From assembly GCF_009914755.1 (NCBI RefSeq), contig NC_060931.1: a stretch of 64,000 nucleotides of DNA; one strand, given 5' to 3'. A program made the translations under genes and the position numbers. Below are positions 26,042 to 41,000 of the stretch, piece after piece. Position 1 is the first letter of the stretch. The number at the start of each line of letters is the position of its first letter. Under the pieces are notes generated by a model. It made no database searches, had not been told where the DNA came from, and saw only the letters and a program-made list of their open reading frames with translations. Source of the stretch: the human T2T-CHM13v2.0 reference genome, Homo sapiens.

Positions 26042-29000
26042 AACCTTTCTTTTCTTAGAGCAGTTTAGAAACACTCTGCTTGTTATGTCTGCAAGTGGAT
26101 ATTTGGACCTCTTTGAGGCCTTCGTTGCAAACGGGGTTTCTTCCTTTCATGCTAGACTAAGAAGAGTTCTCAGTAACTTTTTTGTGTTGTGTGTATTCAA
26201 CTCACAGAGTTGAACCTTGCTTTAGAGAGAGCAGATTTGAAACACTCTTGCTGTGGCATTTTCAGGTGGAGATTTCAAGCGATTTGAGGACAATTGCAGA
26301 AAAGGAAATATCTTCGTATAATAACCAGACAGAATCATTCTCAGAAAGTGCTTTGTGATGTGTGCGTTCAACTCACAGAGTTTAACCTTTCTTTTCATAG
26401 AGGAGTTTGGAAACACACTGTTTGTAAAGTCTGCAAGTGGATACATGGACCTGTTTGAGGCCTTCGTTGGAAACGGGATTTCTTCATTGAATGCTAGACG
26501 GAAGAATTCTCAGTAAATTTTTTGTGTTGTGTGCATTCAACTCACAGAGTGGAACGTCCCTTTAGACAGAGCAGATTTGAAACACTCTTTTTGCGGAATT
26601 TGCAAGTGGAGATTTCTAGCCATTTGATGCCAACAGTAGAAAGGGAAATATCTTCAAATAAAAACCAGACAGAATCATTCTCAGAAAATTCTTTGTGATG
26701 TGTGCGTTCAACTCACATAGTTTAACCTTTCTTTTCATAGAGCAGTTTGGAAACACTCTGTTTGTAAAGTCTGCAAGTGGATATATGGACCGCATTGAGG
26801 CCTTCGTTGGAAACGGGATTTCTTCATTTCATGCTAGACAGAAGAATTCTCAGTAACTTCTTTGTGCTGTGTGTATTCAACTCACAGAGTGGAACGTCCC
26901 TTTGCACAGAGCAGATTTGAAACACTCTTTTTGTGGAGTTTGCAAGTGGAGATTTCAAGCGATTTGATGCCAACAGTAGAAAAGGAAATATCTTCAAATA
27001 AAAACTAGACAGAATCATTCTCAGAAACTACTTTGTGATGTGTGCCTTCAACTCACAGAGTTTAACCTTTCTTTTCTTAGAGCAGTTTAGAAACACTCTG
27101 CTTGTTATGTCTGCAAGTGGATATTTGGACCTCTTTGAGGCCTTCGTTGCAAACGGGGTTTCTTCCTTTCATGCTAGACTAAGAAGAGTTCTCAGTAACT
27201 TTTTTGTGTTGTGTGTATTCAACTCACAGAGTTGAACCTTGCTTTAGAGAGAGCAGATTTGAAACACTCTTGCTGTGGCATTTTCAGGTGGAGATTTCAA
27301 GCGATTTGAGGACAATTGCAGAAAAGGAAATATCTTCGTATAATAACCAGACAGAATCATTCTCAGAAAGTGCTTTGTGATGTGTGCGTTCAACTCACAG
27401 AGTTTAACCTTTCTTTTCATAGAGGAGTTTGGAAACACACTGTTTGTAAAGTCTGCAAGTGGATACATGGACCTGTTTGAGGCCTTCGTTGGAAACGGGA
27501 TTTCTTCATTGAATGCTAGACGGAAGAATTCTCAGTAAATTCTTTGTGTTGTGTGCATTCAACTCACAGAGTGGAACGTCCCTTTAGACAGAGCAGATTT
27601 GAAACACTCTTTTTGCGGAATTTGCAAGTGGAGATTTCTAGCCATTTGATGCCAACAGTAGAAAGGGAAATATCTTCAAATAAAAACCAGACAGAATCAT
27701 TCTCAGAAAATTCTTTGTGATGTGTGCGTTCAACTCACATAGTTTAACCTTTCTTTTCATAGAGCAGTTTGGAAACACTCTGTTTGTAAAGTCTGCAAGT
27801 GGATATATGGACCGCATTGAGGCCTTCGTTGGAAACGGGATTTCTTCATTTCATGCTAGACAGAAGAATTCTCAGTAACTTCTTTGTGCTGTGTGTATTC
27901 AACTCACAGAGTGGAACGTCCCTTTGCACAGAGCAGATTTGAAACACTCTTTTTGTGGAGTTTGCAAGTGGAGATTTCAAGCGATTTGATGCCAACAGTA
28001 GAAAAGGAAATATCTTCAAATAAAAACTAGACAGAATCATTCTCAGAAACTACTTTGTGATGTGTGCCTTCAACTCACAGAGTTTAACCTTTCTTTTCTT
28101 AGAGCAGTTTAGAAACACTCTGCTTGTTATGTCTGCAAGTGGATATTTGGACCTCTTTGAGGCCTTCGTTGCAAACGGGGTTTCTTCCTTTCATGCTAGA
28201 CTAAGAAGAGTTCTCAGTAACTTTTTTGTGTTGTGTGTATTCAACTCACAGAGTTGAACCTTGCTTTAGAGAGAGCAGATTTGAAACACTCTTGCTGTGG
28301 CATTTTCAGGTGGAGATTTCAAGCGATTTGAGGACAATTGCAGAAAAGGAAATATCTTCGTATAATAACCAGACAGAATCATTCTCAGAAAGTGCTTTGT
28401 GATGTGTGCGTTCAACTCACAGAGTTTAACCTTTCTTTTCATAGAGGAGTTTGGAAACACACTGTTTGTAAAGTCTGCAAGTGGATACATGGACCTGTTT
28501 GAGGCCTTCGTTGGAAACGGGATTTCTTCATTGAATGCTAGACGGAAGAATTCTCAGTAAATTCTTTGTGTTGTGTGCATTCAACTCACAGAGTGGAACG
28601 TCCCTTTAGACAGAGCAGATTTGAAACACTCTTTTTGCGGAATTTGCAAGTGGAGATTTCTAGCCATTTGATGCCAACAGTAGAAAGGGAAATATCTTCA
28701 AATAAAAACCAGACAGAATCATTCTCAGAAAATTCTTTGTGATGTGTGCGTTCAACTCACATAGTTTAACCTTTCTTTTCATAGAGCAGTTTGGAAACAC
28801 TCTGTTTGTAAAGTCTGCAAGTGGATATATGGACCGCATTGAGGCCTTCGTTGGAAACGGGATTTCTTCATTTCATGCTAGACAGAAGAATTCTCAGTAA
28901 CTTCTTTGTGCTGTGTGTATTCAACTCACAGAGTGGAACGTCCCTTTGCACAGAGCAGATTTGAAACACTCTTTTTGTGGAGTTTGCAAGTGGAGATTTC

Positions 29001-32000
29001 AAGCGATTTGATGCCAACAGTAGAAAAGGAAATATCTTCAAATAAAAACTAGACAGAATCATTCTCAGAAACTACTTTGTGATGTGTGCCTTCAACTCAC
29101 AGAGTTTAACCTTTCTTTTCTTAGAGCAGTTTAGAAACACTCTGCTTGTTATGTCTGCAAATGGATATTTGGACCTCTTTGAGGCCTTCGTTGCAAACGG
29201 GGTTTCTTCCTTTCATGCTAGACTAAGAAGAGTTCTCAGTAACTTTTTTGTGTTGTGTGTATTCAACTCACAGAGTTGAACCTTGCTTTAGAGAGAGCAG
29301 ATTTGAAACACTCTTGCTGTGGCATTTTCAGGTGGAGATTTCAAGCGATTTGAGGACAATTGCAGAAAAGGAAATATCTTCGTATAATAACCAGACAGAA
29401 TCATTCTCAGAAAGTGCTTTGTGATGTGTGCGTTCAACTCACAGAGTTTAACCTTTCTTTTCATAGAGGAGTTTGGAAACACACTGTTTGTAAAGTCTGC
29501 AAGTGGATACATGGACCTGTTTGAGGCCTTCGTTGGAAACGGGATTTCTTCATTGAATGCTAGACGGAAGAATTCTCAGTAAATTCTTTGTGTTGTGTGC
29601 ATTCAACTCACAGAGTGGAACGTCCCTTTAGACAGAGCAGATTTGAAACACTCTTTTTGCGGAATTTGCAAGTGGAGATTTCTAGCCATTTGATGCCAAC
29701 AGTAGAAAGGGAAATATCTTCAAATAAAAACCAGACAGAATCATTCTCAGAAAATTCTTTGTGATGTGTGCGTTCAACTCACATAGTTTAACCTTTCTTT
29801 TCATAGAGCAGTTTGGAAACACTCTGTTTGTAAAGTCTGCAAGTGGATATATGGACCGCATTGAGGCCTTCGTTGGAAACGGGATTTCTTCATTTCATGC
29901 TAGACAGAAGAATTCTCAGTAACTTCTTTGTGCTGTGTGTATTCAACTCACAGAGTGGAACGTCCCTTTGCACAGAGCAGATTTGAAACACTCTTTTTGT
30001 GGAGTTTGCAAGTGGAGATTTCAAGCGATTTGATGCCAACAGTAGAAAAGGAAATATCTTCAAATAAAAACTAGACAGAATCATTCTCAGAAACTACTTT
30101 GTGATGTGTGCCTTCAACTCACAGAGTTTAACCTTTCTTTTCTTAGAGCAGTTTAGAAACACTCTGCTTGTTATGTCTGCAAGTGGATATTTGGACCTCT
30201 TTGAGGCCTTCGTTGCAAACGGGGTTTCTTCCTTTCATGCTAGACTAAGAAGAGTTCTCAGTAACTTTTTTGTGTTGTGTGTATTCAACTCACAGAGTTG
30301 AACCTTGCTTTAGAGAGAGCAGATTTGAAACACTCTTGCTGTGGCATTTTCAGGTGGAGATTTCAAGCGATTTGAGGACAATTGCAGAAAAGGAAATATC
30401 TTCGTATAATAACCAGACAGAATCATTCTCAGAAAGTGCTTTGTGATGTGTGCGTTCAACTCACAGAGTTTAACCTTTCTTTTCATAGAGGAGTTTGGAA
30501 ACACACTGTTTGTAAAGTCTGCAAGTGGATACATGGACCTGTTTGAGGCCTTCGTTGGAAACGGGATTTCTTCATTGAATGCTAGACGGAAGAATTCTCA
30601 GTAAATTCTTTGTGTTGTGTGCATTCAACTCACAGAGTGGAACGTCCCTTTAGACAGAGCAGATTTGAAACACTCTTTTTGCGGAATTTGCAAGTGGAGA
30701 TTTCTAGCCATTTGATGCCAACAGTAGAAAGGGAAATATCTTCAAATAAAAACCAGACAGAATCATTCTCAGAAAATTCTTTGTGATGTGTGCGTTCAAC
30801 TCACATAGTTTAACCTTTCTTTTCATAGAGCAGTTTGGAAACACTCTGTTTGTAAAGTCTGCAAGTGGATATATGGACCGCATTGAGGCCTTCGTTGGAA
30901 ACGGGATTTCTTCATTTCATGCTAGACAGAAGAATTCTCAGTAACTTCTTTGTGCTGTGTGTATTCAACTCACAGAGTGGAACGTCCCTTTGCACAGAGC
31001 AGATTTGAAACACTCTTTTTGTGGAGTTTGCAAGTGGAGATTTCAAGCGATTTGATGCCAACAGTAGAAAAGGAAATATCTTCAAATAAAAACTAGACAG
31101 AATCATTCTCAGAAACTACTTTGTGATGTGTGCCTTCAACTCACAGAGTTCAACCTTTCTTTTCTTAGAGCAGTTTAGAAACACTCTGCTTGTTATGTCT
31201 GCAAGTGGATATTTGGACCTCTTTGAGGCCTTTGTTGCAAACGGGGTTTCTTCCTTTCATGCTAGACTAAGAAGAGTTCTCAGTAACTTTTTTGTGTTGT
31301 GTGTATTCAACTCACAGAGTTGAACCTTGCTTTAGAGAGAGCAGATTTGAAACACTCTTGCTGTGGCATTTTCAGGTGGAGATTTCAAGCGATTTGAGGA
31401 CAATTGCAGAAAAGGAAATATCTTCGTATAATAACCAGACAGAATCATTCTCAGAAAGTGCTTTGTGATGTGTGTGTTCAACTCACAGAGTTTAACCTTT
31501 CTTTTCATAGAGGAGTTTGGAAACACACTGTTTGTAAAGTCTGCAAGTGGATATATGGACCTGTTTGAGGCCTTCGTTGGAAACGGGATTTCTTCATTGA
31601 ATGCTAGACGGAAGAATTCTCAGTAAATTCTTTGTGTTGTGTGCATTCAACTCACAGAGTGGAACGTCCCTTTAGACAGAGCAGATTTGAAACACTCTTT
31701 TTGCGGAATTTGCAAGTGGAGATTTCTAGCCATTTGATGCCAACAGTAGAAAAGGAAATATCTTCAAATAAAAACCAGACAGAATCATTCTCAGAAAATT
31801 CTTTGTGATGTGTGCGTTCAACTCACATAGTTTAACCTTTCTTTTCATAGAGCAGTTTGGAAACACTCTGTTTGTAAAGTCTGCAAGTGGATATATGGAC
31901 CGCATTGAGGCCTTCGTTGGAAACGGGATTTCTTCATTTCATGCTAGACAGAAGAATTCTCAGTAACTTCTTTGTGCTGTGTGTATTCAACTCACAGAGT

Positions 32001-35000
32001 GGAACGTCCCTTTGCACAGAGCAGATTTGAAACACTCTTTTTGTGGAGTTTGCAAGTGGAGATTTCAAGCGATTTGATGCCAACAGTAGAAAAGGAAATA
32101 TCTTCAAATAAAAACTAGACAGAATCATTCTCAGAAACTACTTTGTGATGTGTGCCTTCAACTCACAGAGTTTAACCTTTCTTTTCTTAGAGCAGTTTAG
32201 AAACACTCTGCTTGTTATGTCTGCAAGTGGATATTTGGACCTCTTTGAGGCCTTCGTTGCAAACGGGGTTTCTTCCTTTCATGCTAGACTAAGAAGAGTT
32301 CTCAGTAACTTTTTTGTGTTGTGTGTATTCAACTCACAGAGTTGAACCTTGCTTTAGAGAGAGCAGATTTGAAACACTCTTGCTGTGGCATTTTCAGGTG
32401 GAGATTTCAAGCGATTTGAGGACAATTGCAGAAAAGGAAATATCTTCGTATAATAACCAGACAGAATCATTCTCAGAAAGTGCTTTGTGATGTGTGCGTT
32501 CAACTCACAGAGTTTAACCTTTCTTTTCATAGAGGAGTTTGGAAACACACTGTTTGTAAAGTCTGCAAGTGGATACATGGACCTGTTTGAGGCCTTCGTT
32601 GGAAACGGGATTTCTTCATTGAATGCTAGACGGAAGAATTCTCAGTAAATTCTTTGTGTTGTGTGCATTCAACTCACAGAGTGGAACGTCCCTTTAGACA
32701 GAGCAGATTTGAAACACTCTTTTTGCGGAATTTGCAAGTGGAGATTTCTAGCCATTTGATGCCAACAGTAGAAAGGGAAATATCTTCAAATAAAAACCAG
32801 ACAGAATCATTCTCAGAAAATTCTTTGTGATGTGTGCGTTCAACTCACATAGTTTAACCTTTCTTTTCATAGAGCAGTTTGGAAACACTCTGTTTGTAAA
32901 GTCTGCAAGTGGATATATGGACCGCATTGAGGCCTTCGTTGGAAACGGGATTTCTTCATTTCATGCTAGACAGAAGAATTCTCAGTAACTTCTTTGTGCT
33001 GTGTGTATTCAACTCACAGAGTGGAACGTCCCTTTGCACAGAGCAGATTTGAAACACTCTTTTTGTGGAGTTTGCAAGTGGAGATTTCAAGCGATTTGAT
33101 GCCAACAGTAGAAAAGGAAATATCTTCAAATAAAAACTAGACAGAATCATTCTCAGAAACTACTTTGTGATGTGTGCCTTCAACTCACAGAGTTTAACCT
33201 TTCTTTTCTTAGAGCAGTTTAGAAACACTCTGCTTGTTATGTCTGCAAGTGGATATTTGGACCTCTTTGAGGCCTTCGTTGCAAACGGGGTTTCTTCCTT
33301 TCATGCTAGACTAAGAAGAGTTCTCAGTAACTTTTTTGTGTTGTGTGTATTCAACTCACAGAGTTGAACCTTGCTTTAGAGAGAGCAGATTTGAAACACT
33401 CTTGCTGTGGCATTTTCAGGTGGAGATTTCAAGCGATTTGAGGACAATTGCAGAAAAGGAAATATCTTCGTATAATAACCAGACAGAATCATTCTCAGAA
33501 AGTGCTTTGTGATGTGTGCGTTCAACTCACAGAGTTTAACCTTTCTTTTCATAGAGGAGTTTGGAAACACACTGTTTGTAAAGTCTGCAAGTGGATACAT
33601 GGACCTGTTTGAGGCCTTCGTTGGAAACGGGATTTCTTCATTGAATGCTAGACGGAAGAATTCTCAGTAAATTCTTTGTGTTGTGTGCATTCAACTCACA
33701 GAGTGGAACGTCCCTTTAGACAGAGCAGATTTGAAACACTCTTTTTGCGGAATTTGCAAGTGGAGATTTCTAGCCATTTGATGCCAACAGTAGAAAGGGA
33801 AATATCTTCAAATAAAAACCAGACAGAATCATTCTCAGAAAATTCTTTGTGATGTGTGCGTTCAACTCACATAGTTTAACCTTTCTTTTCATAGAGCAGT
33901 TTGGAAACACTCTGTTTGTAAAGTCTGCAAGTGGATATATGGACCGCATTGAGGCCTTCGTTGGAAACGGGATTTCTTCATTTCATGCTAGACAGAAGAA
34001 TTCTCAGTAACTTCTTTGTGCTGTGTGTATTCAACTCACAGAGTGGAACGTCCCTTTGCACAGAGCAGATTTGAAACACTCTTTTTGTGGAGTTTGCAAG
34101 TGGAGATTTCAAGCGATTTGATGCCAACAGTAGAAAAGGAAATATCTTCAAATAAAAACTAGACAGAATCATTCTCAGAAACTACTTTGTGATGTGTGCC
34201 TTCAACTCACAGAGTTTAACCTTTCTTTTCTTAGAGCAGTTTAGAAACACTCTGCTTGTTATGTCTGCAAGTGGATATTTGGACCTCTTTGAGGCCTTCG
34301 TTGCAAACGGGGTTTCTTCCTTTCATGCTAGACTAAGAAGAGTTCTCAGTAACTTTTTTGTGTTGTGTGTATTCAACTCACAGAGTTGAACCTTGCTTTA
34401 GAGAGAGCAGATTTGAAACACTCTTGCTGTGGCATTTTCAGGTGGAGATTTCAAGCGATTTGAGGACAATTGCAGAAAAGGAAATATCTTCGTATAATAA
34501 CCAGACAGAATCATTCTCAGAAAGTGCTTTGTGATGTGTGCGTTCAACTCACAGAGTTTAACCTTTCTTTTCATAGAGGAGTTTGGAAACACACTGTTTG
34601 TAAAGTCTGCAAGTGGATATATGGACCTGTTTGAGGCCTTCGTTGGAAACGGGATTTCTTCATTGAATGCTAGACGGAAGAATTCTCAGTAAATTCTTTG
34701 TGTTGTGTGCATTCAACTCACAGAGTGGAACGTCCCTTTAGACAGAGCAGATTTGAAACACTCTTTTTGCGGAATTTGCAAGTGGAGATTTCTAGCCATT
34801 TGATGCCAAAAGTAGAAAGGGAAATATCTTCAAATAAAAACCAGACAGAATCATTCTCAGAAAATTCTTTGTGATGTGTGCGTTCAACTCACATAGTTTA
34901 ACCTTTCTTTTCATAGAGCAGTTTGGAAACACTCTGTTTGTAAAGTCTGCAAGTGGATATATGGACCGCATTGAGGCCTTCGTTGGAAACGGGATTTCTT

Positions 35001-38000
35001 CATTTCATGCTAGACAGAAGAATTCTCAGTAACTTCTTTGTGCTGTGTGTATTCAACTCACAGAGTGGAACGTCCCTTTGCACAGAGCAGATTTGAAACA
35101 CTCTTTTTGTGGAGTTTGCAAGTGGAGATTTCAAGCGATTTGATGCCAACAGTAGAAAAGGAAATATCTTCAAATAAAAACTAGACAGAATCATTCTCAG
35201 AAACTACTTTGTGATGTGTGCCTTCAACTCACAGAGTTTAACCTTTCTTTTCTTAGAGCAGTTTAGAAACACTCTGCTTGTTATGTCTGCAAGTGGATAT
35301 TTGGACCTCTTTGAGGCCTTCGTTGCAAACGGGGTTTCTTCCTTTCATGCTAGACTAAGAAGAGTTCTCAGTAACTTTTTTGTGTTGTGTGTATTCAACT
35401 CACAGAGTTGAACCTTGCTTTAGAGAGAGCAGATTTGAAACACTCTTGCTGTGGCATTTTCAGGTGGAGATTTCAAGCGATTTGAGGACAATTGCAGAAA
35501 AGGAAATATCTTCGTATAATAACCAGACAGAATCATTCTCAGAAAGTGCTTTGTGATGTGTGCGTTCAACTCACAGAGTTTAACCTTTCTTTTCATAGAG
35601 GAGTTTGGAAACACACTGTTTGTAAAGTCTGCAAGTGGATATATGGACCTGTTTGAGGCCTTCGTTGGAAACGGGATTTCTTCATTGAATGCTAGACGGA
35701 AGAATTCTCAGTAAATTCTTTGTGTTGTGTGCATTCAACTCACAGAGTGGAACGTCCCTTTAGACAGAGCAGATTTGAAACACTCTTTTTGCGGAATTTG
35801 CAAGTGGAGATTTCTAGCCATTTGATGCCAACAGTAGAAAGGGAAATATCTTCAAATAAAAACCAGACAGAATCATTCTCAGAAAATTCTTTGTGATGTG
35901 TGCGTTCAACTCACATAGTTTAACCTTTCTTTTCATAGAGCAGTTTGGAAACACTCTGTTTGTAAAGTCTGCAAGTGGATATATGGACCGCATTGAGGCC
36001 TTCGTTGGAAACGGGATTTCTTCATTTCATGCTAGACAGAAGAATTCTCAGTAACTTCTTTGTGCTGTGTGTATTCAACTCACAGAGTGGAACGTCCCTT
36101 TGAACAGAGCAGATTTGAAACACTCTTTTTGTGGAGTTTGCAAGTGGAGATTTCAAGCGATTTGATGCCAACAGTAGAAAAGGAAATATCTTCAAATAAA
36201 AACTAGACAGAATCATTCTCAGAAACTACTTTGTGATGTGTGCCTTCAACTCACAGAGTTCAACCTTTCTTTTCTTAGAGCAGTTTAGAAACACTCTGCT
36301 TGTTATGTCTGCAAGTGGATATTTGGACCTCTTTGAGGCCTTCGTTGCAAACGGGGTTTCTTCCTTTCATGCTAGACTAAGAAGAGTTCTCAGTAACTTT
36401 TTTGTGTTGTGTGTATTCAACTCACAGAGTTGAACCTTGCTTTAGAGAGAGCAGATTTGAAACACTCTTGCTGTGGCATTTTCAGGTGGAGATTTCAAGC
36501 GATTTGAGGACAATTGCAGAAAAGGAAATATCTTCGTATAATAACCAGACAGAATCATTCTCAGAAAGTGCTTTGTGATGTGTGCGTTCAACTCACAGAG
36601 TTTAACCTTTCTTTTCATAGAGGAGTTTGGAAACACACTGTTTGTAAAGTCTGCAAGTGGATACATGGACCTGTTTGAGGCCTTCGTTGGAAACGGGATT
36701 TCTTCATTGAATGCTAGACGGAAGAATTCTCAGTAAATTCTTTGTGTTGTGTGCATTCAACTCACAGAGTGGAACGTCCCTTTAGACAGAGCAGATTTGA
36801 AACACTCTTTTTGCGGAATTTGCAAGTGGAGATTTCTAGCCATTTGATGCCAACAGTAGAAAGGGAAATATCTTCAAATAAAAACCAGACAGAATCATTC
36901 TCAGAAAATTCTTTGTGATGTGTGCGTTCAACTCACATAGTTTAACCTTTCTTTTCATAGAGCAGTTTGGAAACACTCTGTTTGTAAAGTCTGCAAGTGG
37001 ATATATGGACCGCATTGAGGCCTTCGTTGGAAACGGGATTTCTTCATTTCATGCTAGACAGAAGAATTCTCAGTAACTTCTTTGTGCTGTGTGTATTCAA
37101 CTCACAGAGTGGAACGTCCCTTTGCACAGAGCAGATTTGAAACACTCTTTTTGTGGAGTTTGCAAGTGGAGATTTCAAGCGATTTGATGCCAACAGTAGA
37201 AAAGGAAATATCTTCAAATAAAAACTAGACAGAATCATTCTCAGAAACTACTTTGTGATGTGTGCCTTCAACTCACAGAGTTTAACCTTTCTTTTCTTAG
37301 AGCAGTTTAGAAACACTCTGCTTGTTATGTCTGCAAGTGGATATTTGGACCTCTTTGAGGCCTTCGTTGCAAACGGGGTTTCTTCCTTTCATGCTAGACT
37401 AAGAAGAGTTCTCAGTAACTTTTTTGTGTTGTGTGTATTCAACTCACAGAGTTGAACCTTGCTTTAGAGAGAGCAGATTTGAAACACTCTTGCTGTGGCA
37501 TTTTCAGGTGGAGATTTCAAGCGATTTGAGGACAATTGCAGAAAAGGAAATATCTTCGTATAATAACCAGACAGAATCATTCTCAGAAAGTGCTTTGTGA
37601 TGTGTGCGTTCAACTCACAGAGTTTAACCTTTCTTTTCATAGAGGAGTTTGGAAACACACTGTTTGTAAAGTCTGCAAGTGGATACATGGACCTGTTTGA
37701 GGCCTTCGTTGGAAACGGGATTTCTTCATTGAATGCTAGACGGAAGAATTCTCAGTAAATTCTTTGTGTTGTGTGCATTCAACTCACAGAGTGGAACGTC
37801 CCTTTAGACACAGCAGATTTGAAACACTCTTTTTGCGGAATTTGCAAGTGGAGATTTCTAGCCATTTGATGCCAACAGTAGAAAGGGAAATATCTTCAAA
37901 TAAAAACCAGACAGAATCATTCTCAGAAAATTCTTTGTGATGTGTGCGTTCAACTCACATAGTTTAACCTTTCTTTTCATAGAGCAGTTTGGAAACACTC

Positions 38001-41000
38001 TGTTTGTAAAGTCTGCAAGTGGATATATGGACCGCATTGAGGCCTTCGTTGGAAACGGGATTTCTTCATTTCATGCTAGACAGAAGAATTCTCAGTAACT
38101 TCTTTGTGCTGTGTGTATTCAACTCACAGAGTGGAACGTCCCTTTGCACAGAGCAGATTTGAAACACTCTTTTTGTGGAGTTTGCAAGTGGAGATTTCAA
38201 GCGATTTGATGCCAACAGTAGAAAAGGAAATATCTTCAAATAAAAACTAGACAGAATCATTCTCAGAAACTACTTTGTGATGTGTGCCTTCAACTCACAG
38301 AGTTTAACCTTTCTTTTCTTAGAGCAGTTTAGAAACACTCTGCTTGTTATGTCTGCAAGTGGATATTTGGACCTCTTTGAGGCCTTCGTTGCAAACGGGG
38401 TTTCTTCCTTTCATGCTAGACTAAGAAGAGTTCTCAGTAACTTTTTTGTGTTGTGTGTATTCAACTCACAGAGTTGAACCTTGCTTTAGAGAGAGCAGAT
38501 TTGAAACACTCTTGCTGTGGCATTTTCAGGTGGAGATTTCAAGCGATTTGAGGACAATTGCAGAAAAGGAAATATCTTCGTATAATAACCAGACAGAATC
38601 ATTCTCAGAAAGTGCTTTGTGATGTGTGCGTTCAACTCACAGAGTTTAACCTTTCTTTTCATAGAGGAGTTTGGAAACACACTGTTTGTAAAGTCTGCAA
38701 GTGGATACATGGACCTGTTTGAGGCCTTCGTTGGAAACGGGATTTCTTCATTGAATGCTAGACGGAAGAATTCTCAGTAAATTCTTTGTGTTGTGTGCAT
38801 TCAACTCACAGAGTGGAACGTCCCTTTAGACAGAGCAGATTTGAAACACTCTTTTTGCGGAATTTGCAAGTGGAGATTTCTAGCCATTTGATGCCAACAG
38901 TAGAAAGGGAAATATCTTCAAATAAAAACCAGACAGAATCATTCTCAGAAAATTCTTTGTGATGTGTGCGTTCAACTCACATAGTTTAACCTTTCTTTTC
39001 ATAGAGCAGTTTGGAAACACTCTGTTTGTAAAGTCTGCAAGTGGATATATGGACCGCATTGAGGCCTTCGTTGGAAACGGGATTTCTTCATTTCATGCTA
39101 GACAGAAGAATTCTCAGTAACTTCTTTGTGCTGTGTGTATTCAACTCACAGAGTGGAACGTCCCTTTGCACAGAGCAGATTTGAAACACTCTTTTTGTGG
39201 AGTTTGCAAGTGGAGATTTCAAGCGATTTGATGCCAACAGTAGAAAAGGAAATATCTTCAAATAAAAACTAGACAGAATCATTCTCAGAAACTACTTTGT
39301 GATGTGTGCCTTCAACTCACAGAGTTCAACCTTTCTTTTCTTAGAGCAGTTTAGAAACACTCTGCTTGTTATGTCTGCAAGTGGATATTTGGACCTCTTT
39401 GAGGCCTTCGTTGCAAACGGGGTTTCTTCCTTTCATGCTAGACTAAGAAGAGTTCTCAGTAACTTTTTTGTGTTGTGTGTATTCAACTCACAGAGTTGAA
39501 CCTTGCTTTAGAGAGAGCAGATTTGAAACACTCTTGCTGTGGCATTTTCAGGTGGAGATTTCAAGCGATTTGAGGACAATTGCAGAAAAGGGAATATCTT
39601 CGTATAATAACCAGACAGAATCATTCTCAGAAAGTGCTTTGTGATGTGTGCGTTCAACTCACAGAGTTTAACCTTTCTTTTCATAGAGGAGTTTGGAAAC
39701 ACACTGTTTGTAAAGTCTGCAAGTGGATACATGGACCTGTTTGAGGCCTTCGTTGGAAACGGGATTTCTTCATTGAATGCTAGACGGAAGAATTCTCAGT
39801 AAATTCTTTGTGTTGTGTGCATTCAACTCACAGAGTGGAACGTCCCTTTAGACAGAGCAGATTTGAAACACTCTTTTTGCGGAATTTGCAAGTGGAGATT
39901 TCTAGCCATTTGATGCCAACAGTAGAAAGGGAAATATCTTCAAATAAAAACCAGACAGAATCATTCTCAGAAAATTCTTTGTGATGTGTGCGTTCAACTC
40001 ACATAGTTTAACCTTTCTTTTCATAGAGCAGTTTGGAAACACTCTGTTTGTAAAGTCTGCAAGTGGATATATGGACCGCATTGAGGCCTTCGTTGGAAAC
40101 GGGATTTCTTCATTTCATGCTAGACAGAAGAATTCTCAGTAACTTCTTTGTGCTGTGTGTATTCAACTCACAGAGTGGAACGTCCCTTTGCACAGAGCAG
40201 ATTTGAAACACTCTTTTTGTGGAGTTTGCAAGTGGAGATTTCAAGCGATTTGATGCCAACAGTAGAAAAGGAAATATCTTCAAATAAAAACTAGACAGAA
40301 TCATTCTCAGAAACTACTTTGTGATGTGTGCCTTCAACTCACAGAGTTTAACCTTTCTTTTCTTAGAGCAGTTTAGAAACACTCTGCTTGTTATGTCTGC
40401 AAGTGGATATTTGGACCTCTTTGAGGCCTTCGTTGCAAACGGGGTTTCTTCCTTTCATGCTAGACTAAGAAGAGTTCTCAGTAACTTTTTTGTGTTGTGT
40501 GTATTCAACTCACAGAGTTGAACCTTGCTTTAGAGACAGCAGATTTGAAACACTCTTGCTGTGGCATTTTCAGGTGGAGATTTCAAGCGATTTGAGGACA
40601 ATTGCAGAAAAGGAAATATCTTCGTATAATAACCAGACAGAATCATTCTCAGAAAGTGCTTTGTGATGTGTGCGTTCAACTCACAGAGTTTAACCTTTCT
40701 TTTCATAGAGGAGTTTGGAAACACACTGTTTGTAAAGTCTGCAAGTGGATATATGGACCTGTTTGAGGCCTTCGTTGGAAACGGGATTTCTTCATTGAAT
40801 GCTAGACGGAAGAATTCTCAGTAAATTCTTTGTGTTGTGTGCATTCAACTCACAGAGTGGAACGTCCCTTTAGACAGAGCAGATTTGAAACACTCTTTTT
40901 GCGGAATTTGCAAGTGGAGATTTCTAGCCATTTGATGCCAAAAGTAGAAAGGGAAATATCTTCAAATAAAAACCAGACAGAATCATTCTCAGAAAATTCT

